From the IMG/VR virus record IMGVR_UViG_3300032280_000361: DNA of 64,000 bases; one strand, written 5' to 3'. This stretch comes from a virus (lineage: Duplodnaviria; Heunggongvirae; Uroviricota; Caudoviricetes). The position numbers and the translations under genes are program-made. Below the pieces are notes generated by a model that had not been told where the DNA came from, made no database searches, and worked only from the letters and a program-made list of their open reading frames with translations. Shown here piece after piece: positions 48,701-59,186 of this stretch (positions within the stretch are counted from its first letter, which is position 1; each line of letters opens with the position of its first letter).

Positions 48701-50651
48701 CCGCATAATCTTTTTGAATTGTAAAAAATTGAGAATTTGAAGAATCTACTCCATATTGATTATACATTTTAGTTTCAAATCCATCAAACCCATTTTTTAT
48801 AATTCGTATCTTATCATCATATGATGCACTAGTCAATAAGGATATCGATGCTGTAGATAATGTAGAACCAGAATAAAGAGTAGTCGTTAATTTATTTTGC
48901 CAATTCTCAATTGTTTCAATTTTATATTGAAAGTTTTCTAAACGAGTTTGTGCACTTGAAAAGTTTACAAAGTTTTCGAATTTTAAAAAATACGATGAAG
49001 TTACATCACTACCACTGGTATATTCAATATTAAGGTCTTCTAAATTAAATTGAGATTTTGATAAATATTGATTTACTATATCATTGGAAGTAACTGAACC
49101 ACTTCCTACAATTTGATTAAAAAACTCATAGCCTGTTTCATCTACCACATCTATTCCAAAATTTGGTTTTAATGGAATGCAAGTATTTTCATCACTATCA
49201 TTTATAATAATAGTTTCTACAATAGATGGTATTATTTGTTTAGTAACCCAAATTAATTGATTTGGAACTATGGTTTCTGCTACCGGTTCTAATAATTTAA
49301 CTATTAGTGAATAATAATCTCGTTGTTCTCTTACCCTTACGGTGTTTCCAGTCTGTGGGTCTATCTCATATCTTGTAGGAACAATTTTTTCACCCTCTAA
49401 TGAAAATGTAGCATCATCAGCTCCTGTATTTGTTATAAGATATGTTTCATCATTATCTGTTTTAACTTGATAATACAAATGTTTATCATCTTCAAATACG
49501 ATGTTATCTTCAAAATCTTTTTTAGTTGTTTCTCCTGAGAATAATTGTGAAAACACATTTGAAAGTGTATCCAATACTTCTCCATTTGAAACGAGATATT
49601 TAGCCTTTTGAACAAAAACAGTAAAACTTTCTCTCTTACCTACTATTTTACCATTTATACCATTGAAATATGGTTGTAAGGTAAATGTTATTTCATACGA
49701 GTCATCATCTTCATTAAAATAAGATTTATATGAATTATATAATTCCTTTGCCTTTAATGTGATTTTAGCCTCTCCATTTACGATTGGAGTGTTAAAAATT
49801 TTATTATCACCTAAAAATACATCAACTCCTTCGGAATCTACGGTATCAATATCAAAATTAAAATCAAAATCTAAAGGTCTTAAATCGGCCTCTATAATAT
49901 TTCTATCAAAAATAATATTGGTTACATCCGGTTGACCGTATGTTTTTTCTACATATACATTTATTCTAGCCCTCTGTTCCTCACCATCTTTTAATAAATC
50001 ATTTCCGGCGATAACTACTAATCCATATATTCCAACCGCGTTCGGATTATTTAATACAATTGTAGCAGTTCCGTCAACAACCGGAGTAATTTTTGCACCA
50101 TTGGAATTAGCTCCCGATTGATTTGGGAAATAGTATTTTACATATGTAGCATTTTGTACTCCTACACTTATGGAAAGTTCATTACTTAATTCAGTATTCC
50201 ATTTGTATATTGGTTGTAATACATTTGAAAATTTAGCTATATTATCAGTAGTTACATTTTGTTGACTTGTTACATTTATTGTGTAACTTTCTATAATATT
50301 TTCTAAATCAAATAAATTTGCAGAACTATCTTTTATTAAAGTTCCATCACTTTTTGATACCTTAATACCAGTGATATTAAAATTTATAGCATCTGCTCTA
50401 CCTATAGATAATTTAGTATTCTGTAATACCTCAATAGTTTTAGTGGTAGTTATAGTTTCTTGAATATCTATCGATGATGCATTCTTATAATAAACTCTTA
50501 TCGAAGGTGTCGCTATAGAGTTAATAATAGTTATAGGAATGGCTTGAGGAAGAGCCGGTTCAACAACTGGAATATTTCCCTCAAATGGAACATCCAATAC
50601 TATATCAGCTCTGTAGTCGTTAAACGGTATTTTTATCTCTCTCTGTGCCAT
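45786..50651 (-). CDS. Large baseplate wedge protein (gp7/P2 gpI-like segment plus LamG-like domain)
   Basis: LPYLLKHKGTRKAINAIMACYG; GSIDEVRIWGGALS; beta-rich N-terminus; baseplate context. Confidence 0.6.
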   Translation of the reverse strand: MAQREIKIPFNDYRADIVLDVPFEGNIPVVEPALPQAIPITIINSIATPSIRVYYKNASSIDIQETITTTKTIEVLQNTKLSIGRADAINFNITGIKVSKSDGTLIKDSSANLFDLENIIESYTINVTSQQNVTTDNIAKFSNVLQPIYKWNTELSNELSISVGVQNATYVKYYFPNQSGANSNGAKITPVVDGTATIVLNNPNAVGIYGLVVIAGNDLLKDGEEQRARINVYVEKTYGQPDVTNIIFDRNIIEADLRPLDFDFNFDIDTVDSEGVDVFLGDNKIFNTPIVNGEAKITLKAKELYNSYKSYFNEDDDSYEITFTLQPYFNGINGKIVGKRESFTVFVQKAKYLVSNGEVLDTLSNVFSQLFSGETTKKDFEDNIVFEDDKHLYYQVKTDNDETYLITNTGADDATFSLEGEKIVPTRYEIDPQTGNTVRVREQRDYYSLIVKLLEPVAETIVPNQLIWVTKQIIPSIVETIIINDSDENTCIPLKPNFGIDVVDETGYEFFNQIVGSGSVTSNDIVNQYLSKSQFNLEDLNIEYTSGSDVTSSYFLKFENFVNFSSAQTRLENFQYKIETIENWQNKLTTTLYSGSTLSTASISLLTSASYDDKIRIIKNGFDGFETKMYNQYGVDSSNSQFFTIQKDYAEVYDRGNVNYLVKHTPQFIKEDSGNLEFLSFLEMIGQHFDIIWSYINGINRIRKVTNKSTDGISDKLVYTLLENFGWDPKTPFSGQQLWKYAFGLNEDGTTTQNKNSLGNNVSPSYTPEEARNQVWRRILNNLPYLLKHKGTRKAINAIMACYGVPSSLLTIVEFGGPANSGSQSTKYTYEDRTAALNIARDEYLTVDWKEGTSFNDPDAIELRFKTSVLPFVSQSTTLYHTQSLVNIGGAGSGIWNVKLVPSGSTIYGDIVFQMSASSNVYIGPGVVTSGSELVSMSIQNVPIFDNTYKHFTIQREVISRNEYIGNTLTRSLDYEQYSMFYKQANGDRISLSESDTLDLLITSNSGSLVSNAKYYTGIGWLSGSNVNFGGQNAGGISGSIDEVRIWGGALSESVITSHTLNPDTIFGNDVYSSTSDLFFRSDFEYPKNRQTGSGDAFIKNVAPFVTYTSSLDANNKQIVVSGYSGYATASIFTTASSYPYHYDVYERFVTAEVPSIGFVGKDKVRTEDITLTGQLSYKQRATKKAYDRAPIDSNRLGLFFSPVKELNLDILRSLGPINIGDYIGDWDDEYGTDTYRDLDQLRNYYFERTQLNFDEYIKLIKSIDKSMFDMLEQVIPVRANVSKGLLIEPSLLERSKIKINRPIGENILHTASINTMETTLIEMSVPSYTGSLNMNEGISFEATLPYYSGSYDIIENLNITTEYPTFGGNYSVIGNITSSASILSNIPNAGGIVIEIECGLQNPTVLGEVDLEDSYQQVGNDADSPFIKGFGIVGFNGAVDRTYYKDSGNLVLTERYNSYIITVKYTRKVPKRVPANGLSGSLFNTSKLSPTDKVVLEKIERYEKKLILIEPIDYSLVTPAFRAPLQHSFYIDILANLGVYPYKNGVITAIEPFVGLTSGHYSNTKDTSRGLENSFYVGAKQTSRTTLDGTPAVETFSTNPNRLRVGPTGRGSGEPILEVD

Positions 50652-50657
50652 TAATTA

Positions 50658-50664
50658 ATAAATA
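50658..50664 (-). promoter_or_regulatory. Candidate late promoter motif TATTTAT
   Basis: 6 nt upstream of the ATG at 50651. Confidence 0.5.
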
Positions 50665-50667
50665 TTT

Positions 50668-51336
50668 TTATTGTAGGTTTTCTCTTTGTGTTACATCAGC
50701 TAATCCAAATCCTGCTCCTCTGAAATCATTTGGGTTAACTTCTCTCATTCCTCCACCGCCACCGCCAAAACCTCCGCCAGTTCCACCACCAGAGCCTCCT
50801 CCACTTCCATCAAACTGCCCACCGGTTGTATCAACAAATCCACCACCAAACCTTTCTCCTACCAATACAGGTGTTCCTTCAACAGGATTTACGTTTGTGG
50901 TATTATCATACTCTATTATAGAAACTTCATTTTCAATATCTTTTCTAGATTGAATTATAAAATATTTTTGTGGTTTCAAATCCCCACTAACTAATGTTAA
51001 TACAGATGGGTCTAAGAATCTTTGTTCAGGTAAACTAAATGTAATTCTTCCTTTTGAATTTGATTGGTCTTCTATTTCAATTCCATTTAAATAAGCCTTT
51101 GCTAATACATCAGTTCTACTTAAATTAGTATATGTGTTTATTGTGAAAAAAATTCTTCGTGGAGTTATATATGGGCTTGTATATGGGTCAAAAGCTAGAA
51201 TATCTCCGCCTGGCGCTCTTCCTCCCCCGCCTCCACCGCTTCCATTTGAAGTTAATATAGCATCGCTAATACCTCCTGGATTTGTACCACCATAAGTAAA
51301 ATCGTTAGCTAATTCTTCTATAGTTCTTTGTGCCAT
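50668..51336 (-). CDS. Gly-rich hypothetical (structural block)
   Basis: Two poly-Gly tracts flank a beta-rich core. Confidence 0.7.
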   Translation of the reverse strand: MAQRTIEELANDFTYGGTNPGGISDAILTSNGSGGGGGGRAPGGDILAFDPYTSPYITPRRIFFTINTYTNLSRTDVLAKAYLNGIEIEDQSNSKGRITFSLPEQRFLDPSVLTLVSGDLKPQKYFIIQSRKDIENEVSIIEYDNTTNVNPVEGTPVLVGERFGGGFVDTTGGQFDGSGGGSGGGTGGGFGGGGGGMREVNPNDFRGAGFGLADVTQRENLQ

Positions 51337-51343
51337 CTTTTAT

Positions 51344-52735
51344 TTATTTTTGGTTATTTCTTTTATTTCTTAACCTTTCAGCAATAGATGGTGGGGTTAA
51401 CCCCGTTCTACTAACTTCCACAGTACTCTGAGGAGTTCCTCCTCCTATTCCTCCACTATCTACATTACGATTTCCTCCAAATAAACCAAGTTTCTTTTTA
51501 GTTATATCTTTATTTAAAAATCCAGTTTTAGGTTTATTTCCTTTTTTTCTAAATTTACTTAAGAATCCACCTTCGCCTCTTTCGTTAATCACATCTGATA
51601 CAGTTGTCGCAGGAGTTTCTATAACAGGAGTTTCTATTATTACAGGAGTTTCTACGCCAGGAACAATAACTTCTGTTTTAGTCACAGATGTTACCGCATC
51701 TTTAATTTCTCCATATGTTGGAATTGGAACTGATACTCTTTCAGTAGAAACATTTTCTGTAACCTTATCAGATTCTAATTTTTGAATCAATGTGGTTAAT
51801 TTATCTATACTTTCCTGTGTTTGTGCATCTATTAATACCTCATTTGCCAAAGTTCTAGTAGGAAGATGAAATTCACATGCATCTCTAAATTTTTTATTAA
51901 GGAGGTTCACAATATCATTTTTATTATAATATGTAAAATCAACTTCATCTCCTAAAGGTTTACCAAAATCCGAACTTCCTATAGTTGAATTTTTATGAAG
52001 TAATGCATGTCTAACTGATTGAGCCATAGATTCCAATACTTTACTAAAAAATTGGTCATAATTAGTAATACCAAATTCATATTGTATTCTATCTATATAA
52101 TCTTTTGATTTTATTTTAGAAAATGTATCTTGTAATCGTTGAACATCTAATCTGTTTATAATTTCATTTATTTCAGAATAAACTTCATCTCCGCTAAATC
52201 TACCTACTACAAAACTTTCATATGCCTGATTTAAATCTCTTTCTATATCAGCTTCATACTCAATATTCGTATTGAAATTATTATAAGGTAATAATCTTAA
52301 TTCAGTTCTAGATGGTGATATTTCATGCACCCACAATCTATCCATTTCTATTTTAGAACCAATTCTATTATTTACAAAATTAAATTGTACTCTAAATACT
52401 CCCGTATTATACCCTGCTTCTTTTACTAATTTTTTAACATCTATAAGAAATCCTCCTCCATCATATATTGTATCCAATACATTTTCACTTCTTATAATAT
52501 AATTTGATATTTCATTTGCATTGATATAACGAACATTACCATAATCTTTTTGTTCTAATACATTACTAGTAGAATCATATAATACAAATTCTAAAACATC
52601 ATTATTACCGATTAAAAAAGGAGTTGCAATAAATCCCTTATCTATTAACTTAAGCTCAGTAGCAGTTAATTCGGTAGTAAGAGATGTTCCCTTCTTTAAT
52701 ACATCATCAATATTTTTAAATTTATCTAAACTCAT
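51344..52735 (-). CDS. Hypothetical virion-associated protein
   Basis: Long intact ORF in the baseplate operon; no recognised motif. Confidence 0.6.
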   Translation of the reverse strand: MSLDKFKNIDDVLKKGTSLTTELTATELKLIDKGFIATPFLIGNNDVLEFVLYDSTSNVLEQKDYGNVRYINANEISNYIIRSENVLDTIYDGGGFLIDVKKLVKEAGYNTGVFRVQFNFVNNRIGSKIEMDRLWVHEISPSRTELRLLPYNNFNTNIEYEADIERDLNQAYESFVVGRFSGDEVYSEINEIINRLDVQRLQDTFSKIKSKDYIDRIQYEFGITNYDQFFSKVLESMAQSVRHALLHKNSTIGSSDFGKPLGDEVDFTYYNKNDIVNLLNKKFRDACEFHLPTRTLANEVLIDAQTQESIDKLTTLIQKLESDKVTENVSTERVSVPIPTYGEIKDAVTSVTKTEVIVPGVETPVIIETPVIETPATTVSDVINERGEGGFLSKFRKKGNKPKTGFLNKDITKKKLGLFGGNRNVDSGGIGGGTPQSTVEVSRTGLTPPSIAERLRNKRNNQK

Positions 52736-52740
52736 ATTTT

Positions 52741-53754
52741 TTAACTTCTATGTTTGTATAAATCACAGCTTAAAGAAACTTCTCCATTTTTACTTTTAAA
52801 TGATACGGTTCCGGTATAGTTTGTAGCTTTACCACCTCCTGCTATTCCTAAGAATGTTCTAGGTCTAGGGTCTAATCCATTAATTACACCAAAATCAGGC
52901 TGCATCGTTACTTCAACCTTTTGTTGAGGTTCTATATTAACTATTGATGGTCCTTTAATCCAAGCCTGAGTACCTTTAATTTTTATATCAACCGTTATTG
53001 GCTCTAATGTTGTATTAAATAATTCTACAGTTGGGCCATTTGTCCATTTACCAGTTGAATCACCTGTTTTTACATCAAACGCCAATTCTTTTTGTTCAGG
53101 AGCTCCTTTTTCAATTACTCTAATAGTAAAATCTGCCGCCGCTTTAGCTCCTTCCGCTAATCTCGCATTTTTACCATTTAATTGTTGAGTTAAACTATCT
53201 ACTTGCTTTCCAAGAGATTGAACAGTTGCACTCTGTCCCTCATTTCTAGCTTGTAATCCAGTTTTTTCAATACCCTCACTAACTGAACGTTGTAATGCGG
53301 TTTGCATTGTATCATTTATCAACACAAATTGTTTTCTAAGTTGTTCTGCATTTGATTCTGCAGTAACTCTTAACAATCTTTCATTATCTAATTGTATATC
53401 CAATGATGCTGATATTGAAGTTAATTCTGATACTTGTGCCTCTAATCCTCCAATTACTATGGATTGTGATAATATAGTTTCGTTTGCAAGTTGTAGCGAA
53501 CGAGTTACATCGTTATATAATACTCGTGGAACTAAATCTAATTGTGTTTCTAATCTGTCTGGAATTAATTCAACTACATTTATATCAATCGTTTTCTTTA
53601 ATTCATCGGTATTATATACTCTTTTTTTAGAGGGAGCATATACAAACCCACCTTTCTCATCTTCAATGTTTGTTTGAAAATAAGAGTTTGGTTTATTTTT
53701 AGCTACTAATGAACCACTATTCTGTAAATCTTTTTTAATTAATTCGAATTCCAT
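52741..53754 (-). CDS. Hypothetical structural protein (coiled coil + Ig-like C-terminus)
   Basis: Heptad-rich middle region; beta-rich C-terminus. Confidence 0.55.
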   Translation of the reverse strand: MEFELIKKDLQNSGSLVAKNKPNSYFQTNIEDEKGGFVYAPSKKRVYNTDELKKTIDINVVELIPDRLETQLDLVPRVLYNDVTRSLQLANETILSQSIVIGGLEAQVSELTSISASLDIQLDNERLLRVTAESNAEQLRKQFVLINDTMQTALQRSVSEGIEKTGLQARNEGQSATVQSLGKQVDSLTQQLNGKNARLAEGAKAAADFTIRVIEKGAPEQKELAFDVKTGDSTGKWTNGPTVELFNTTLEPITVDIKIKGTQAWIKGPSIVNIEPQQKVEVTMQPDFGVINGLDPRPRTFLGIAGGGKATNYTGTVSFKSKNGEVSLSCDLYKHRS

Positions 53755-54722
53755 TATTTAATTATAAAAGTTAAATCATCTTCAATAAATTCACTTATAC
53801 CATCCCTAACTATCTTAAACAATAATCTATAAACTCTATTCTTAGGAAAGTTAGAAGTGTTTAAATTAATGTAATTACCATTCGCATCACAGCTGATTTT
53901 TGTGTAATCCGAAAAATCTATTATATTAACTTTTGTTATCTCATCTCTAATTCCATAATATGAAGTTTGAGGTAAATATTTAATATCACCATATGAAAAA
54001 GCGTTTGTAAAAGTTTTAGTTGGATACAAACTTCTTCCTATTATTTTTATCTTAACTTTATTACCCTCAGTATAATTATCCCTTAATTCTTTACTTCTAA
54101 CTATAATTTGTGAATCAGTTAATGCAGTAAGTGAGCCTGTTATAAATTGAGAATCATCCCATTCTAATTTAATAAGTGGTTGGAATATAGTATTTGTTTC
54201 CTTTGAATAATATCGCAATACCCCATAATCCAATGAAGAACTTTCCGCAGATGATGTATGTGATAATCTAATTCCATAGTTATCAGAAGTTTTCCAATAT
54301 TCATAGATGGATTTAATATCCATATTAATATCCGCACCAACATATGTAAAAGTTTGCGCAGCTTCTATATTTAAATTTACTTCACTCTGATTATCCCAAT
54401 TTATACCATCGGTTGCAATATTTTCAGGCAATTGTTTGCCTCTACCCATTTCCCAACTTTCGCTTACTGGATATCCATAAATAGAATAACTTACTGCTAG
54501 TTCTTCCGGTTCTATAAGATTTAAATGTAAAGTTACAGATGATGCAGTTACATATAATGGAACATTTTCTATATCAAATTGAATAAATGTTCTAGCATTA
54601 TCTCTTTCCCCAAAGCGTGAATAATGTTTGGATACCGTTAGTATTTCATCTAATCCGGTATTCAATGGTGTGTATAAACTATAAATAGATGCATCTTTTG
54701 ATGCCGTTACAAAGTATATCAT
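53754..54722 (-). CDS. Structural protein with DNRLRE/CBM96-like N-terminal domain
   Basis: KDASIY..RTFIQFD..LHL..SESWEMG..W pattern. Confidence 0.45.
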   Translation of the reverse strand: MIYFVTASKDASIYSLYTPLNTGLDEILTVSKHYSRFGERDNARTFIQFDIENVPLYVTASSVTLHLNLIEPEELAVSYSIYGYPVSESWEMGRGKQLPENIATDGINWDNQSEVNLNIEAAQTFTYVGADINMDIKSIYEYWKTSDNYGIRLSHTSSAESSSLDYGVLRYYSKETNTIFQPLIKLEWDDSQFITGSLTALTDSQIIVRSKELRDNYTEGNKVKIKIIGRSLYPTKTFTNAFSYGDIKYLPQTSYYGIRDEITKVNIIDFSDYTKISCDANGNYINLNTSNFPKNRVYRLLFKIVRDGISEFIEDDLTFIIK

Positions 54723-56755
54723 TATATCGCTTTACCTTTAATATCTTTATCAGGAAACTTAACTTCAAAGATAGATGGGTCTAACGATGGGTAGATAATC
54801 TTATTCTTTGTTGCTGCTTGTATATCGTAACTATTTCTCGCATATATACCACCACACTTATTTACAATCTCCACCCTTTGAACGGATGCAACACCTTCAA
54901 CCATAGCTATAGTTAATTCTATATCAGAAAGATTTATAGTTTGGTTAAATTGCCAATTGTTTATATCGAAGAAAGATTTTAACTCATTTATACAAGTTAA
55001 GATTACTTCTCTTTGATTAAAGTTTTTATATGTGGTTATTTCAAAATTAACACCTATATTAATAATAAATCCATCGATTATATTAACACCATCGGTTAAC
55101 ATTCTATATTCATTAATATATGTCTTAAGATTTTCTTTTACAGCTCTATTTAATATAGTTAAATTTCCGTTTGAATCATATCCTAATGTATAAAGATTAA
55201 TAGCAAAAGGATTTACCAACTCTGCATTTTGTGTTGTTTTTTGTACAAAGTTTCTAACTAAATCTTTTATATCATTTGTAGTTGGTATATTACCTCCATT
55301 AGCAATTGCGGATTTGGTTATAGTTTTTACTATTTCAGTAAATTGGTCTACATTATCCGTTGAGTTTAAAATACTTTCAGGTGAGTTTGAGTTAAGAGAA
55401 TTATCACCAACTGCAACTACTTTAGCAATTGCACCAAACTTTGAAGGCATTGATAAAGCTCTTACTTGATAATCCTTTGATGTTACTGCTCTATTTTGTG
55501 ATGCAAAATTAGCTAATGCACTCTCTCTAATCTCTTCTATTGTATCAAACCCTCTTCCTCCTTTTGCAGGTATTTCGTTTTCAACTGCAACTGAATTTCT
55601 GATAAATGTGTATACTGTATCATCTAAATCTAACATATCTACTAAATCATTATCAAATGTAATTGATGATATAGTTGTCAAATCTCCTTGTGGTACGTTC
55701 GAACTAATGCCTCCTCCTACTAAATAACTTATCGTTAATGTAGTATTAGAAGGTGATTGCCCATATGTTTTTGTTTTTAAAAAATTAGTTGGGTCATATG
55801 ATTCCCCCATTCTATCGATTGAACTATTTAATCCTAATCCTACATTCTTAACATTTGGTATTAAAAGTTCATCTGATAAAGAACTATCACCTCCTCCAAA
55901 ATGAATTGATGTGGTAAAATCATCGTTTACTCTACTTACAAATCTTCTACTAGTTTTTAACAATTTTAAAAGATATGGTACAGTTTCTTTAAACTGATAT
56001 AAATCAGGGTCATTAGATTCTGCATTAGGATAATCAATATAAATAGTTTCTTGTGCCAAATAAGGAACTTCATAATATTTATTACCTTCATCATCTATAA
56101 CAGATTCAATTGAAATAACATTTGTTTCCGGTATAGTCAATGATGCAAATGATTCAGCTGAAGTAAAAACCTGAGTATATTCTTTTTCTGTAGCTGATAT
56201 TGCCTGAATTTGTTTCTTTACTAAATAATAGTTTGGAACGTTAAAATCTGATAAATTATATACAGAGATTTCTCTATCAGTTGGGTCATTAAAATCTAAA
56301 GATTCAACCGTTCTAAACGTAATTTCAGAGTTTGATGTAGATGTTATAGTTAATCCAGAATTAAGTCTCAATAAGTATCTATTATCCAACTCACCTGCTG
56401 CATCTGCTTTACATAACTGATATACAGATAATGTTGTTACTGCAGGTGCTGATGATTTTGGTTTGTATCCTAATAAGTTGGCTAATGCAAATACGTTTTT
56501 CTCTTCCGATGCATATTGTATCAAACTCTCTTTTAAAGAAGCATCGGTATAGTAACCTAATACATCTCCTATGTATGATGCCATTTCAATGAACATCATA
56601 CCAGGTGAAGTTTCGTTAAAATCGTTATATGTACTCGGGAAATATGTTTTAGCATACTCCATTAAGTTATTTCTAAACGAATCGAAATCCTTACCTAAAT
56701 AAGAAATATCTCTACTATTTCTACCTATATTTTTATTTGTTACTTTAAATGCCAT
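54722..56755 (-). CDS. Baseplate wedge protein (T4 gp6 / baseplate J-like)
   Basis: YLGKDFDSFR..YNDFNETSPG, QNRAVTSKDY, IYPSLDPSIFEVK; follows gp25. Confidence 0.8.
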   Translation of the reverse strand: MAFKVTNKNIGRNSRDISYLGKDFDSFRNNLMEYAKTYFPSTYNDFNETSPGMMFIEMASYIGDVLGYYTDASLKESLIQYASEEKNVFALANLLGYKPKSSAPAVTTLSVYQLCKADAAGELDNRYLLRLNSGLTITSTSNSEITFRTVESLDFNDPTDREISVYNLSDFNVPNYYLVKKQIQAISATEKEYTQVFTSAESFASLTIPETNVISIESVIDDEGNKYYEVPYLAQETIYIDYPNAESNDPDLYQFKETVPYLLKLLKTSRRFVSRVNDDFTTSIHFGGGDSSLSDELLIPNVKNVGLGLNSSIDRMGESYDPTNFLKTKTYGQSPSNTTLTISYLVGGGISSNVPQGDLTTISSITFDNDLVDMLDLDDTVYTFIRNSVAVENEIPAKGGRGFDTIEEIRESALANFASQNRAVTSKDYQVRALSMPSKFGAIAKVVAVGDNSLNSNSPESILNSTDNVDQFTEIVKTITKSAIANGGNIPTTNDIKDLVRNFVQKTTQNAELVNPFAINLYTLGYDSNGNLTILNRAVKENLKTYINEYRMLTDGVNIIDGFIINIGVNFEITTYKNFNQREVILTCINELKSFFDINNWQFNQTINLSDIELTIAMVEGVASVQRVEIVNKCGGIYARNSYDIQAATKNKIIYPSLDPSIFEVKFPDKDIKGKAI

Positions 56756-57186
56756 TATTCATTTATATTAAATGTTACTGTTTCTAAATTTTGTTGTCCA
56801 GCAACTCTAAAATTCAATGTAACCGTAAAGAAATAGGTATCTCTGTTTGTGTTTGATTGGTCTACCAATATTTCATCAATTGATATATACGGCATCCATT
56901 CTTGAATAGCTCTATCAATCGAACGTTCAATTTCTGTTTCTAAATCATCTGTATTTTGATTAAATAACGTATTATATAAATCCGTACCAAAAGTGGGATG
57001 CATCAATCTTTCACCCTTTCGAGTTAAAATTAAGTTTTTTATATTAGATTTAACCTGCTCTGAAGTTTGGTAAGATTGGGCAAAGAATCCACCATTCCCT
57101 CTTTGGATTGGTAGAGTGATTCCTATTGCCACCCTATCCTTTTCAGGTAGGTCTTTTACTAACTTAGGGCCGGTTATAATTGCCAT
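56755..57186 (-). CDS. Baseplate protein gp25/GPW-like
   Basis: QVKSNIKNLILTRKGERLMHPTFG, WMPYI. Confidence 0.88.
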   Translation of the reverse strand: MAIITGPKLVKDLPEKDRVAIGITLPIQRGNGGFFAQSYQTSEQVKSNIKNLILTRKGERLMHPTFGTDLYNTLFNQNTDDLETEIERSIDRAIQEWMPYISIDEILVDQSNTNRDTYFFTVTLNFRVAGQQNLETVTFNINE

Positions 57187-57683
57187 TATCTATTTTTATC
57201 TTTACTTGCAGCCAAAACCTTAGCACTTCTCGCTATTGCTTTATCCAAAATATCGTTTCCGGTACTGATTGGAGCAGAAGGAGTTGCGTACTGATTAGTT
57301 GATTGATATCCCATCTGAGCGTCACCATATCCAACCATTTCAGGAGTTAAAGTACCCCATCCACCATCATCCATAGAATAATTAGGTCTAATTCCTGCCA
57401 TTGCAGTTTCATTAAGAACCTGATTTAACATTGGATTCTTAACGTAAGTTTTTTGCTCAGGCTGAGATTCTCTATCTCTGCTTAAGATTTTGTTAGCTAA
57501 ATCGAACGGGTCAGCACTTTCCTCTACTAATGATTTAAGAGAAGATTGTTGCTTAACCGGTTGTGTTTTCTTAACCTCTGCTAACACCTCTTTTCTTATT
57601 TCTTCTTTAATAAGAGAAATTTCTTTTTTTACTTCCTCCTGAACGATTATTTGAATTGCTTTAAATAGTTTGTTCGTGTCCAT
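57186..57683 (-). CDS. Hypothetical late protein
   Basis: Intact ORF with TATTTAT motif upstream; NPMLNQVLNETA. Confidence 0.65.
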   Translation of the reverse strand: MDTNKLFKAIQIIVQEEVKKEISLIKEEIRKEVLAEVKKTQPVKQQSSLKSLVEESADPFDLANKILSRDRESQPEQKTYVKNPMLNQVLNETAMAGIRPNYSMDDGGWGTLTPEMVGYGDAQMGYQSTNQYATPSAPISTGNDILDKAIARSAKVLAASKDKNR

Positions 57684-57701
57684 ACATTGTTTGTTGTTTA
57701 T

Positions 57702-57708
57702 ATAAATA
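57702..57708 (-). promoter_or_regulatory. Candidate late promoter motif TATTTAT
   Basis: 18 nt upstream of the ATG at 57683. Confidence 0.5.
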
Positions 57709-57730
57709 TGTTAATTCAATAATATCCAAT

Positions 57731-59173
57731 TTACCCCCCAACGGTTGTTCCTGTTTGTGTATTCGTATTCTTAGCTAAAAAATCTGTGTTTTTGGCACTT
57801 AATTGTGCTGCGTAATTATTAGCTTTGCGTAAGGCGGTGGTTGTTAAGAATCCTGACCCACCTCTATCGATAATACTTCCTGCAACAATACTTGTTACCA
57901 AATGGGTAGCGTTTTCTTGAGTTATATTCGTTGGGTCTAAATTCATATTCTTAGCAAACCTACCTAAACTTCTATTTACGAACCATGCAGTTGCTTCGGC
58001 TGCTGCTGTTGCGTTATTTAATAAATCTGGATTTACAACCAATCTATCATCACCATATAATGCTTTAGATACTGCAGTATAGTTCGCTCTTCCAGTAATT
58101 TGAATGAATCCTCTTCCTCTGAATTTGTAGCCATCTCCTGGTTCTGTATTTCCCAAAGAGTTTCCAGCTGTGCCATAAACATAATTTGCAAATGTTATAG
58201 GAGTAGCTTGAATTGCAGCTAATTCGGCATCGGATAATCTTCTAATTCTAGCACCAAAAATTTCTTCAAGTCTTGCTCTACTATTTTTAGTATAATCAAC
58301 ATTTTCTACTATTACTCTACCACCTGTTTCTTTAAGAGCATTTGCCTGCATTGCTATAATCATCTGAGGATTAGTAATACCAAATTTAATAGCTGCTTTA
58401 CGAATTTCCTCTAAGTTAGCATCTTGATTACCACCATAGGATTCCCCTCCACCTGCACCACCACCAGCCGCCGCATTGTAAGCAGCCACTATAGCTTCAG
58501 CATTTCCTTCTGCGTTTCCTAATAAATCAGGTCTATCTCCTAATCCTAATGCTAAGAACGCTGCATCGAAAGCTATTTGATTGGCTGCTATAGCTGAACT
58601 CGCGTTTGTAGTAAATCCTAACCAGGGTACTATTCCAGGTCCAGTTACGGCGGTAGGTGCAACTCCGTATATTGCCGTAACATTAAATATTCCACTTACA
58701 GTTCGCAAATGTATATCCGCTGCAGTTATGAAATTGTTTATAAAGGTATCCACATTCGGTTCTCCTTTATAAACAAAAGTAGGTATTTGTGCAGTTGTTC
58801 CTGGATTAGTACACAATATACTTAATACTGCTACGGACGGTGGAGTTGCAGTTGGTGGGGCTAGTGCAAGTGGTTTCATTGGAGCAAGCGTTGCACCTGT
58901 CCAATACGTTAGAAATCCATTTGATAAAAGTTTAATTAAATCTAATTGGTCAGGTGATGTAGCTTGTTGTAAAAATACAATTTTAAACATTGCCTCCATT
59001 CCTGCAACATTACCTGCTAAAACGGGGTTACCTGCTATTAAATCTCCAGCTGGTGGCACTTTCATTGCCATATCATATGCAATCGCCAATTGTTTAGGTA
59101 ACACATCGTAATCTAATGGATATGATTCCATTACCGCTCTTACTTGTGTTTTAAACCCATCCCATCCTGGCAT
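57731..59173 (-). CDS. Structural N-terminal domain fused to GH19 (chitinase-like) lysozyme
   Basis: ANALKETGG (catalytic Glu), YKFRGRGFIQITGRANY; AAAGGGAGGG linker near 58450. Confidence 0.8.
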   Translation of the reverse strand: MPGWDGFKTQVRAVMESYPLDYDVLPKQLAIAYDMAMKVPPAGDLIAGNPVLAGNVAGMEAMFKIVFLQQATSPDQLDLIKLLSNGFLTYWTGATLAPMKPLALAPPTATPPSVAVLSILCTNPGTTAQIPTFVYKGEPNVDTFINNFITAADIHLRTVSGIFNVTAIYGVAPTAVTGPGIVPWLGFTTNASSAIAANQIAFDAAFLALGLGDRPDLLGNAEGNAEAIVAAYNAAAGGGAGGGESYGGNQDANLEEIRKAAIKFGITNPQMIIAMQANALKETGGRVIVENVDYTKNSRARLEEIFGARIRRLSDAELAAIQATPITFANYVYGTAGNSLGNTEPGDGYKFRGRGFIQITGRANYTAVSKALYGDDRLVVNPDLLNNATAAAEATAWFVNRSLGRFAKNMNLDPTNITQENATHLVTSIVAGSIIDRGGSGFLTTTALRKANNYAAQLSAKNTDFLAKNTNTQTGTTVGG

Positions 59174-59186
59174 ATATTAAAATTTA

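Noticed and set aside
45749-57708. Canonical T4 late promoter TATAAATA (plus strand at 45749 and 57701, also 34127)
   Set aside because: These copies point away from the minus-strand genes; the coding-strand consensus across all sites is TATTTAT.
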